Shown piece after piece: positions 39,873-52,500 of a DNA stretch of 64,000 nt. The stretch is from Utricularia gibba (Eukaryota; Plantae; Magnoliophyta). The stretch spans positions 1-64,000 of the forward strand of contig NEEC01000199.1 in assembly GCA_002189035.1 (NCBI GenBank), given 5' to 3'. The notes beneath the pieces were generated by a model. That model ran no database searches, was not told the origin of the DNA, and was given only the letters and a program-made list of their open reading frames with translations. A program made the position numbers and the translations under genes. Each line of letters opens with the position of its first letter. The first letter of the stretch is position 1.

Positions 39873-42800
39873 ATGTGCCACAAATTGGCCACCACGTTCG
39901 CGATGAGTTTCGGAACACGAGAATCGACGCGATTGTGATTTTCGGCTTGCAAAAGATCTGCGTTTTATTGGATGACGTGAAGTATGGGTTTTCGAGGCGA
40001 TCTCTGAACAAGCTCTGGTGTGTCCTACCCGCAGCCTCATGGTGGCCTCGCACACCGTTCGGTATTCGGCGATATCTTGAAATGATGAGTCACGCTGCGC
40101 CCGGCATACCGTTTCGAACCCCTTTCCGTGCCGGTCAGCTTCCGTGTTGAAAGCATCTTCGTCCGAGGATGCATCAGAGCTCGAATTATCGCCTTATATT
40201 AGCCTTCAGATGTGCCACAAATTGGCCACCACGTTCGCGACGATGCGACTCGGAACACGAGAATCGACGCGATTGTGATTTTCGCTTGCAAAACATCTGC
40301 GTTTTATTGGGTGACGTGAAGTATGGGTTTTCGAGGCGATCTCTGAACAAGCTCTGGTGTTCCTACCCGCAGCCTCATGGTGGCCTCGCACACCGTTCGG
40401 CATCTCGTCGATATCTTGAAGATCAAGATGAGTCACGCTGCGCCCGGCATACCGTTTCGAACCCGTTCCGTGCCGGTCAGCTTCCGTGTTGAAAGCATCT
40501 TCGTCCGAGGATGCATCAGAGCTCGAATTATCGCCTTATTTAGCCTTCAGATGTGCCACAAATTGGCCACCACGTTCGCGACGATGCGACTCGGAACACG
40601 AGAATCGACGCGATTGTGATTTTCGGCTTGCAAAAATCTGCGTTTTATTGGATGACGTGAAGTATGGGTTTTCGAGGCGATCTCTGAACAAGCTCTGGTG
40701 TGTCCCTACCCGCAGCCTCATGGTGGCCTCGCACACCGTTCGGTATTTCGATATCCTGAAAGTGATGAGTCACGCTGCGCCCATACCGTTTCGAACCCCT
40801 TTCCGTGCCGGTCAGCTTCCGTGTTGAAAGCATCTTCGTCCGAGGATGCATCAGAGCTCGAATTATCGCCTTATATTAGCCTTCAGATGTGCCACAAATT
40901 GGCCACCACGTTCGCGACGATGCGACTCGGAACACGAGAATCGACGCGATTGTGATTTTCGCCTTGCAAAACATCTGCGTTTTATTGGGTGACGTGAAGT
41001 ATGGGTTTTCGAGGCGATCTCTGAACAAGCTCTGGTGTGTTCCTACCCAGCCTCATGGTGGCCTCGCACACCGTTCGGCATTTCGTCGATATCTTGAAGA
41101 TCAGATGAGTCACGCTGCGCCGGCATACCGTTTCGAACCCCTTTCCGTGCCGGTCAGCTTCCGTGTTGAAAGCATCTTCGTCCGAGGATGCATCAGAGCT
41201 CGAATTATCGCCTTATATTAGCCTTCAGATGTGCCACAAATTGGCCACCACGTTCGCGACGATGAGTTTCGGAACACGAGAATCGACGCGATTGTGATTT
41301 TCGGCTTGCAAAAGATCTGCGTTTTATTGGATGACGTGAAGTATGGGTTTTCGAGCGATCTCTGAACAAGCTCTGGGTGTGTCCTACCCGCAGCCTCATG
41401 GTGGCCTCGCACACCGTTCGGTATTCGGCGATATCCTGAAAACCGTGATGAGTCACGCTGCGCCGGCATACCGTTTCGAACCCCTTTCCGTGCCGTCAGC
41501 TTCCGTGTTGAAAGCATCTTCGTCCGAGGATGCATCAGAGCTCGAATTATCGCTTATATTAGCCTTCAGATGTGCCACAAATTGGCCACCACGTTCGCGA
41601 CGATGCGACTCGGAACACGAGAATCGACGCGATTGTGATTTTCGCCTTGCAAAACATCTGCGTTTTATTGGGTGACGTGAAGTATGGGTTTTCGAGGCGA
41701 TCTCTGAACAAGCTCTGGGTGTGTCCCTACCCGCAGCCTCATGGTGGCCTCGCACACCGTTCGGCATCTCGTCGATATCTTGAAGATCAAGATGAGTCAC
41801 GCTGCGCCCGGCATACCGTTTCGAACCCGTTCCGTGCCGGTCAGCTTCCGTGTTGAAAGCATCTTCGTCCGAGGATGCATCAGAGCTCGAATTATCGCCT
41901 TATATTAGCCTTCAGATGTGCCACAAATTGGCCACCACGTTCGCGACGATGCGTTTCGGAACACGAGAATCGACGCGATTGTGATTTTCGCTTGCAAAAG
42001 ATCTGCGTTTTATTGGATGACGTGAAGTATGGGTTTTCGAGCGATCTCTGAACAAGCTCTGGGTGTGTCCCTACCCGCAGCCTCATGGTGGCCTCGCACA
42101 CCGTTCGGTATTTCGGCGATATCCTGAAAACCGTGATGAGTCACGCTGCGCTCGGCATACCGTTTCGAACCCCTTTCCGTGCCGGTCAGCTTCCGTGTTG
42201 AAAGCATCTTCGTCCGAGGATGCATCAGAGCTCGAATTATCGCCTTATATTAGCCTTCAGATGTGCCACAAATTGGCCACCACGTTCGCGACGATGCGAC
42301 TCGGAACACGAGAATCGACGCGATTGTGATTTTCGCCTTGCAAAACATCTGCGTTTTATTGGGTGACGTGAAGTATGGGTTTTCGAGGCGATCTCTGAAC
42401 AAGCTCTGGTGTTCCTACCCGCAGCCTCATGGTGGCCTCGCACACCGTTCGGCATCTCGTCGATATCTTGAAGATCAAGATGAGTCACGCTGCGCCCGGC
42501 ATACCGTTTCGAACCCCTTTCCGTGCCGGTCAGCTTCCGTGTTGAAAGCATCTTCGTCCGAGGATGCATCAGAGCTCGAATTATCGCCTTATATTAGCCT
42601 TCAGATGTGCCACAAATTGGCCACCACGTTCGCGACGATGCGGAACGAGAATCGACGCGATTGTGATTTTCGGCTTGCAAAATCTGCGTTTTATTGGATG
42701 ACGTGAAGTATGGGTTTTCGAGCGATCTCTGAACAAGCTCTGGTGTGTCCTACCCGCAGCCTCATGGTGGCCTCGCACACCGTTCGGTATTTCGGCGATA

Positions 42801-43279
42801 TCTGAAAACCGTGATGAGTCACGCTGCGCCGGCATACCGTTTCGAACCCTTTCCGTGCCGGTCAGCTTCCGTGTTGAAAGCATCTTCGTCCGAGGATGCA
42901 TCAGAGCTCGAATTATCGCCTTATATTAGCCTTCAGATGTGCCACAAATTGGCCACCACGTTCGCGACGATGCGACTCGGAACACGAGAATCGACGCGAT
43001 TGTGATTTTCGCTTGCAAAACATCTGCGTTTTATTGGTGACGTGAAGTATGGGTTTTCGAGGCGATCTCTGAACAAGCTCTGGGTGTGTCCCTACCCGCA
43101 GCCTCATGGTGGCCTCGCACACCGTTCGGCATCTCGTCGATATCTTGAAGATCAAGATGAGTCACGCTGCGCCGGCATACCGTTTCGAACCCCTTTCCGT
43201 GCCGGTCAGCTTCCGTGTTGAAAGCATCTTCGTCCGAGGATGCATCAGAGCTCGAATTATCGCTTATATTAGCCTTCAG
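39873..43279. repeat. P-Q dimer HOR run (five dimers of about 680 bp)
   Basis: P (mostly g(a/c)gtttcgg, aaaa(G)atct, ggAtgac, B tail) at 39873, 40551, 41229, 41916, 42605 alternates with Q (gcgactcgg, aaaaCatct, A tail with cAAgatg) at 40210, 40887, 41570, 42261, 42937. Confidence 0.8.
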
Positions 43280-43564
43280 ATGTGCCACAAATTGGCCACC
43301 ACGTTCGCGACGATGCGTCTCGACAACGCGATTTGAACAAGCCGAGGCGATCTCTGAACAAGCTCTGGGTGTGTCCTACCCGCAGCCTCATGGTGGCCTC
43401 GCACACCGTTCGGCATCTTCGATATCTTGAAGATCAAGATGAGTCACGCTGCGCCCGGCATACCGTTTCGAAGCCCGTTTCCGTGCCGGTCAGCTTCCGT
43501 GTTGAAAGCTTCTTCGTCCGAGGATGCATCAGAGCTCGAATTATCGCCTTATATTAGCCTTCAG
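43280..43564. repeat. Truncated monomer (285 bp, about 60-bp net deletion with short insertion)
   Basis: Anchor spacing is 285 bp. 43311-43350 reads cgatgcgtctcgacaacgcgatttgaacaagccgaggcga. Confidence 0.8.
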
Positions 43565-46500
43565 ATGTGCCACAAATTGGCCACCACGTTCGCGACGATG
43601 AGTTTCGGAACACGAGAATCGACGCGATTGTGATTTTCGGCTTGCAAAAGATCTGCGTTTTATTGGATGACGTGAAGTATGGGTTTTCGATGCGATCTCT
43701 GAACAAGCTCTGGGTGTGTCCCTACCCGCAGCCTCATGGTGGCCTCGCACACCGTTCGGTATTTCGGCGATATCTGAAAACCGTGATGAGTCACGCTGCG
43801 CCGGCATACCGTTTCGAACCCCTTTCCGTGCCGGTCAGCTTCCGTGTTGAAAGCATCTTCGTCCGAGGATGCATCAGAGCTCGAATTATCGCCTTATATT
43901 AGCCTTCAGATGTGCCACAAATTGGCCACCACGTTCGCGACGATGCGACTCGGAACACGAGAATCGACGCGATTGTGATTTTCGCCTTGCAAAACATCTG
44001 CGTTTTATTGGTGACGTGAAGTATGGGTTTTCGAGGCGATCTCTGAACAAGCTCTAGGTGTGTTCCTACCCGCAGCCTCATGGTGGCCTCGCACACCGTT
44101 CGGCATTCGTCGATATCTTGAAATCAAGATGAGTCACGCTGCGCCCGGCATACCGTTTCGAACCCCTTCCGTGCCGGTCAGCTTCCGTGTTGAAAGCATC
44201 TTCGTCCGAGGATGCATCAGAGCTCGAATTATCGCCTTATATTAGCCTTCAGATGTGCCACAAATTGGCCACCACGTTCGCGACGATGCGACTCGGAACA
44301 CGAGAATCGACGCGATTGTGATTTTCGCCTTGCAAAACATCTGCGTTTTATTGGGTGACGTGAAGTATGGGTTTTCGAGGCGATCTCTGAACAAGCTCTG
44401 GTGTGTTCCTACCCGCAGCCTCATGGTGGCCTCGCACACCGTTCGGTATTTCGGCGATATCTGAAAATGATGAGTCACGCTGCGCCGGCATCCGTTTCGA
44501 ACCCCTTTCCGTGCCGGTCAGCTTCCGTGTTGAAAGCATCTTCGTCCGAGGATGCATCAGAGCTCGAATTATCGCCTTATATTAGCCTTCAGATGTGCCA
44601 CAAATTGGCCACCACGTTCGCGACGATGCGACTCGGAACACGAAATCGACGCGATTGTGATTTTCGGCTTGCAAAACATCTGCGTTTTATTGGATGACGT
44701 GAAGTATGGGTTTTCGAGCGATCTCTGAACAAGCTCTGGGTGTGTCCCTACCCGCAGCCTCATGGTGGCCTCGCACACCGTTCGGCATCTCGTCGATATC
44801 TTGAAGATCAAGATGAGTCACGCTGCGCCGGCATACCGTTTCGAACCCGTTCCGTGCCGGTCAGCTTCCGTGTTGAAAGCTTCTTCGTCCGAGGATGCAT
44901 CAGAGCTCGAATTATCGCCTTATCTTAGCCTTCAGATGTGCCACAAATTGGCCACCACGTTCGCGACGATGCGTTTCGGAACACGAGAATCGACGCGATT
45001 GTGATTTTCGCTTGCAAAATCTGCGTTTTATTGGATGACGTGAAGTATGGGTTTTCGAGGCGATCTCTGAACAAGCTCTGGGTGTGTCCCTACCCGCAGC
45101 CTCATGGTGGCCTCGCACACCGTTCGGTATTTCGGCGATATCCTGAAATCGTGATGAGTCACGCTGCGCCGGCATACCGTTTCGAACCCCTTTCCGTGCC
45201 GGTCAGCTTCCGTGTTGAAAGCATCTTCGTCCGAGGATGCATCAGAGCTCGAATTATCGCCTTATATTAGCCTTCAGATGTGCCACAAATTGGCCACCAC
45301 GTTCGCGACGATGCGACTCGGAACACGAGAATCGACGCGATTGTGATTTTCGCCTTGCAAAACATCTGCGTTTTATTGGGTGACGTGAAGTATGGGTTTT
45401 CGAGGCGATCTCTGAACAAGCTCTAGGTGTGTTCCTACCCGCAGCCTCATGGTGGCCTCGCACACCGTTCGGCATCTCGTCGATATCTTGAAATCATGAT
45501 GAGTCACGCTGCGCCGCATACCGTTTCGAACCCGTTCCGTGCCGGTCAGCTTCCGTGTTGAAAGCATCTTCGTCCGAGGATGCATCAGAGCTCGAATTAT
45601 CGCCTTATATTAGCCTTCAGATGTGCCACAAATTGGCCACCACGTTCGCGACGATGAGTTTCGGAACACGAGAATCGACGCGATTGTGATTTTCGCTTGC
45701 AAAAGATCTGCGTTTTATTGGATGACGTGAAGTATGGGTTTTCGAGCGATCTCTGAACAAGCTCTGGGTGTGTCCCTACCCGCAGCCTCATGGTGGCCTC
45801 GCACACCGTTCGGTATTTCGGCGATATCTGAAAACCGTGATGAGTCACGCTGCGCCGGCATACCGTTTCGAACCCCTTTCCGTGCCGGTCAGCTTCCGTG
45901 TTGAAAGCATCTTCGTCCGAGGATGCATCAGAGCTCGAATTATCGCCTTATATTAGCCTTCAGATGTGCCACAAATTGGCCACCACGTTCGCGACGATGC
46001 GACTCGGAACACGAGAATCGACGCGATTGTGATTTTCGGCTTGCAAAATCTGCGTTTTATTGGGTGACGTGAAGTATGGGTTTTCGAGGCGATCTCTGAA
46101 CAAGCTCTGGGTGTGTCCCTACCCGCAGCCTCATGGTGGCCTCGCACACCGTTCGGCATCTCGTCGATATCTGAAGATCAAGATGAGTCACGCTGCGCCC
46201 GGCATACCGTTTCGAACCCGTTCCGTGCCGGTCAGCTTCCGTGTTGAAAGCTTCTTCGTCCGAGGATGCATCAGAGCTCGAATTATCGCCTTATATAGCC
46301 TTCAGATGTGCCACAAATTGGCCACCACGTTCGCGACGATGACGGAACACGAGAATCGCGATTGTGATTTTCGCTTGCAAAAGATCTGCGTTTTATTGAC
46401 CGATGCAAAAGACCTCTAACAAGCTCTGTGTGTCCCTACCCGCAGCCTCATGGTGGCCTCGCACACCGTTCGGCATCTCGTCGATATCTTGAAATCAAGA

Positions 46501-49500
46501 TGAGTCACGCTGCGCCGGCATACCGTTTCGAACCCTTCCGTGCCGGTCAGCTTCCGTGTTGAAAGCTTCTTCGTCCGAGGATGCATCAGAGCTCGAATTA
46601 TCGCCTTATATTAGCCTTCAGATGTGCCACAAATTGGCCACCACGTTCGCGACGATGCGACTCGGAACACGAGAATCGACGCGATTGTGATTTTCGGCTT
46701 GCAAAAGATCTGCGTTTTTTTGGATGACGTGAAGTATGGGTTTTCGAGCGATCTCTGAACAAGCTCTGGGTGTGTCCCTACCCGCAGCCTCATGGTGGCC
46801 TCGCACACCGTTCGGTATTTCGGCGATATCCTTGAAAATGATGAGTCACGCTGCGCCCGGCATACCGTTTCGAACCCTTTCCGTGCCGGTCAGCTTCCGT
46901 GTTGAAAGCATCTTCGTCCGAGGATGCATCAGAGCTCGAATTATCGCCTTATATTAGCCTTCAGATGTGCCACAAATTGGCCACCACGTTCGCGACGATG
47001 CGACTCGGAACACGAGAATCGACGCGATTGTGATTTTCGCCTTGCAAAACATCTGCGTTTTATTGGGTGACGTGAAGTATGGGTTTTCGAGGCGATCTCT
47101 GAACAAGCTCTGGTGTGTCCTACCCGCAGCCTCATGGTGGCCTCGCACACCGTTCGGCATCTCGTCGATATCTTGAAGATCAAGATGAGTCACGCTGCGC
47201 CCGGCATACCGTTTCGAAGCCCGTTCCGCCGGTCAGCTTCCGTGTTGAAAGCATCTTCGTCCGAGGATGCATCAGAGCTCGAATTATCGCCTTATATTAG
47301 CCTTCAGATGTGCCACAAATTGGCCACCACGTTCGCGACGATGCGACTCGGAACACGAGAATCGACGCGATTGTGATTTTCGGCTTGCAAAATCTGCGTT
47401 TTATTGGGTGACGTGAAGTATGGGTTTTCGAGGCGATCTCTGAACAAGCTCTGGTGTGTCCCTACCCGCAGCCTCATGGTGGCCTCGCACACCGTTCGGT
47501 ATTTCGGCGATATCCTGAAAACCGTGATGAGTCACGCTGCGCCCGGCATACCGTTTCGAACCCCTTTCCGTGCCGGTCAGCTTCCGTGTTGAAAGCATCT
47601 TCGTCCGAGGATGCATCAGAGCTCGAATTATCGCCTTATATTAGCCTTCAGATGTGCCACAAATTGGCCACCACGTTCGCGACGATGCGTTTCGGAACAC
47701 GAGAATCGACGCGATTGTGATTTTCGGCTTGCAAAAGATCTGCGTTTTATTGGATGACGTGAAGTATGGGTTTTCGAGCGATCTCTGAACAAGCTCTGGT
47801 GTGTCCTACCCGCAGCCTCATGGTGGCCTCGCACACCGTTCGGCATCTCGTCGATATCTTGAAGATCAAGATGAGTCACGCTGCGCCATACCGTTTCGAA
47901 CCCTTTCCGTGCCGGTCAGCTTCCGTGTTGAAAGCTTCTTCGTCCGAGGATGCATCAGAGCTCGAATTATCGCCTTATATTAGCCTTCAGATGTGCCACA
48001 AATTGGCCACCACGTTCGCGACGATGCGACTCGGAACACGAGAATCGACGCGATTGTGATTTTCGCTTGCAAAACATCTGCGTTTTATTGGATGACGTGA
48101 AGTATGGGTTTTCGATGCGATCTCTGAACAAGCTCTGGTGTGTCCTACCCGCAGCCTCATGGTGGCCTCGCACACCGTTCGGTATTTCGGCGATATCTGA
48201 AAGTGATGAGTCACGCTGCGCGGCATACCGTTTCGAACCCCTTTCCGTGCCGGTCAGCTTCCGTGTTGAAAGCATCTTCGTCCGAGGATGCATCAGAGCT
48301 CGAATTATCGCCTTATATTAGCCTTCAGATGTGCCACAAATTGGCCACCACGTTCGCGACGATGCGACTCGGAACACGAGAATCGACGCGATTGTGATTT
48401 TCGCCTTGCAAAACATCTGCGTTTTATTGGGTGACGTGAAGTATGGGTTTTCGAGGCGATCTCTGAACAAGCTCTGGTGTGTTCCCTACCCGCAGCCTCA
48501 TGGTGGCCTCGCACACCGTTCGGCATTCGTCGATATCTTGAAGATCATGATGAGTCACGCTGCGCCCGGCATACCGTTTCGAACCCGTTCCGTGCCGGTC
48601 AGCTTCCGTGTTGAAAGCATCTTCGTCCGAGGATGCATCAGAGCTCGAATTATCGCCTTATATTAGCCTTCAGATGTGCCACAAATTGGCCACCACGTTC
48701 GCGACGATGCGACTCGGAACACGAGAATCGACGCGATTGTGATTTTCGCTTGCAAAACATCTGCGTTTTATTGGATGACGTGAAGTATGGGTTTTCGAGG
48801 CGATCTCTGAACAAGCTCTGGTGTGTCCTACCCGCAGCCTCATGGTGGCCTCGCACACCGTTCGGTATTCGTCGATATCTTGAAAAAGATGAGTCACGCT
48901 GCGCCGGCATCGTTTCGAACCCTTCCGTGCCGGTCAGCTTCCGTGTTGAAAGCATCTTCGTCCGAGGATGCATCAGAGCTCGAATTATCGCCTTATATTA
49001 GCCTTCAGATGTGCCACAAATTGGCCACCACGTTCGCGACGATGCGACTCGGAACACGAGAATCGACGCGATTGTGATTTTCGGCTTGCAAAAGATCTGC
49101 GTTTATTGGTGACGTGAAGTATGGGTTTTCGAGCGATCTCTGAACAAGCTCTGGGTGTGTCCTACCCGCAGCCTCATGGTGGCCTCGCACACCGTTCGGC
49201 ATCTCGTCGATATCTTGAAAATCATGATGAGTCACGCTGCGCCGGCATACCGTTTCGAACCCGTTCCGTGCCGGTCAGCTTCCGTGTTGAAAGCATCTTC
49301 GTCCGAGGATGCATCAGAGCTCGAATTATCGCCTTATATTAGCCTTCAGATGTGCCACAAATTGGCCACCACGTTCGCGACGATGCGACTCGGAACACGA
49401 GAATCGACGCGATTGTGATTTTCGGCTTGCAAAACATCTGCGTTTTATTGGATGACGTGAAGTATGGGTTTTCGAGGCGATCTCTGAACAAGCTCTGGGT

Positions 49501-52500
49501 GTGTCCTACCCGCAGCCTCATGGTGGCCTCGCACACCGTTCGGTATTTCGGCGATATCCTGAATGATGAGTCACGCTGCGCCCGGCATACCGTTTCGAAC
49601 CCTTTCCGTGCCGGTCAGCTTCCGTGTTGAAAGCATCTTCGTCCGAGGATGCATCAGAGCTCGAATTATCGCCTTATATTAGCCTTCAGATGTGCCACAA
49701 ATTGGCCACCACGTTCGCGACGATGCGACGGAACACGAGAATCGACGCGATTGTGATTTTCGCTTGCAAAACATCTGCGTTTTATTGGGTGACGTGAAGT
49801 ATGGGTTTTCGAGGCGATCTCTGAACAAGCTCTGGTGTGTCCTACCCGCAGCCTCATGGTGGCCTCGCACACCGTTCGGCATCTCGTCGATATCTTGAAG
49901 ATCATGATGAGTCACGCTGCGCCGGCATCCGTTTCGAACCCTTTCCGTGCCGGTCAGCTTCCGTGTTGAAAGCGTGAAGTCTTCGTCCGAGGATGCATCA
50001 GAGCTCGAATTATCGCCTTATATAGCCTTCAGATGTGCCACAAATTGGCCACCACGTTCGCGACGATGAGTTTCGGAACACGAGAATCGACGCGATTGTG
50101 ATTTTCGGCTTGCAAAAGATCTGCGTTTTATTGGATGACGTGAAGTATGGGTTTTCGATGCGATCTCTGAACAAGCTCTGGGTGTGTCCTACCCGCAGCC
50201 TCATGGTGGCCTCGCACACCGTTCGGTATTTCGGCGATATCCTGAAAACCGTGATGAGTCACGCTGCGCCCGGCATACCGTTTCGAACCCCTTCCGTGCC
50301 GGTCAGCTTCCGTGTTGAAAGCATCTTCGTCCGAGGATGCATCAGAGCTCGAATTATCGCCTTATATAGCCTTCAGATGTGCCACAAATTGGCCACCACG
50401 TTCGCGACGATGCGACTCGGAACACAAGAATCGACGCGATTGTGATTTTCGCCTTGCAAAACATCTACGTTTTATTGGGTGACGTGAAGTATGGGTTTTC
50501 GAGGCGATCTCTGAACAAGCTCTAGGTGTGTTCCTACCCGCAGCCTCATGGTGGCCTCGCACACCGTTCGGCATCTCGTCGATATCTTGAAGATCAAGAT
50601 GAGTCACGCTGCGCCCGGCATACCGTTTCGAAGCCCGTTCCGTGCCGGTCAGCTTCCGTGTTGAAAGCATCTTCGTCCGAGGATGCATCAGAGCTCGAAT
50701 TATCGCCTTATATTAGCCTTCAGATGTGCCACAATTGGCCACCACGTTCGCGACGATGCGACTCGGAACACGAGAATCGACGCGATTGTGATTTTCGGCT
50801 TGCAAAACATCTGCGTTTTATTGGGTGACGTGAAGTATGGGTTTTCGAGGCGATCTCTGAACAAGCTCTGGGTGTGTCCTACCCGCAGCCTCATGGTGGC
50901 CTCGCACACCGTTCGGCATCTCGTCGATATCTTGAAGATCAAGATGAGTCACGCTGCGCCCGGCATACCGTTTCGAAGCCCGTTCCGTGCCGGTCATCTT
51001 CCGTGTTGAAAGCATCTTCGTCCGAGGATGCATCAGAGCTCGAATTATCGCCTTATATTAGCCTTCAGATGTGCCACAAATTGGCCCACGTTCGCGACGA
51101 TGAGTTTCGGAACACGAGAATCGACGCGATTGTGATTTTCGGCTTGCAAAAGATCTGCGTTTTATTGGATGACGTGAAGTATGGGTTTTCGATGCGATCT
51201 CTGAACAAGCTCTGGTGTGTCCCTACCCGCAGCCTCATGGTGGCCTCGCACACCGTTCGGTATTCGGCGATATCCTGAAAACCGTGATGAGTCACGCTGC
51301 GCTCGCATACCGTTTCGAACCCCTTTCCGTGCCGGTCAGCTTCCGTGTTGAAAGCATCTTCGTCCGAGGATGCATCAGAGCTCGAATTATCGCCTTATAT
51401 TAGCCTTCAGATGTGCCACAAATTGGCACCCACGTTCGCGACGATGCGACTCGGAACACGAGAATCGACGCGATTGTGATTTTCGCCTTGCAAAACATCT
51501 GTGTTTTATTGGGTGACGTGAAGTATGGGTTTTCGAGGCGATCTCTGAACAAGCTCTGGGTGTGTCCTACCCGCAGCCTCATGGTGGCCTCGCACACCGT
51601 TCGGCATCTCGTCGATATCTGAAAAAGTGATGAGTCACGCTGCGCCGGCATACCGTTTCGAACCCCTTTCCGTGCCGGTCAGCTTCCGTGTTGAAAGCAT
51701 CTTCGTCCGAGGATGCATCAGAGCTCGAATTATCGCCTTATATTAGCCTTCAGATGTGCCACAAATTGGCCACCACGTTCGCGACGATGCGATCGAGAAT
51801 CGACGCGATTGTGATTTTCGGCTTGCAAAAGATCTGCGTTTTATTGGATGACGTGAAGTATGGGTTTTCGATGCGATCTCTGAACAAGCTCTGGGTGTGT
51901 CCCTACCCGCAGCCTCATGGTGGCCTCGCACACCGTTCGGTATTTCGTCGATATCCTGAAAACCGTGATGAGTCACGCTGCGCCGGCATACCGTTTCGAA
52001 CCCTTTCCGTGCCGGTCAGCTTCCGTGTTGAAAGCATCTTCGTCCGAGGATGCATCAGAGCTCGAATTATCGCCTTATATAGCCTTCAGATGTGCCACAA
52101 ATTGGCCACCACGTTCGCGACGATGCGACTCGGAACACAAGAATCGACGCGATTGTGATTTTCGCCTTGCAAAACATCTGCGTTTTTTTGGGTGACGTGA
52201 AGTATGGGTTTTCGAGGCGATCTCTGAACAAGCTCTAGGTGTGTCCTACCCGCAGCCTCATGGTGGCCTCGCACACCGTTCGGCATCTCGTCGATATCTT
52301 GAAATCAAGATGAGTCACGCTGCGCCCGGCATACCGTTTCGAAGCCCGTTTCCGTGCCGGTCAGCTTCCGTGTTGAAAGCATCTTCGTCCGAGGATGCAT
52401 CAGAGCTCGAATTATCGCCTTATATTAGCCTTCAGATGTGCCACAAATTGGCCACCACGTTCGCGACGATGCGACTCGGAACACGAGAATCGACGCGATT

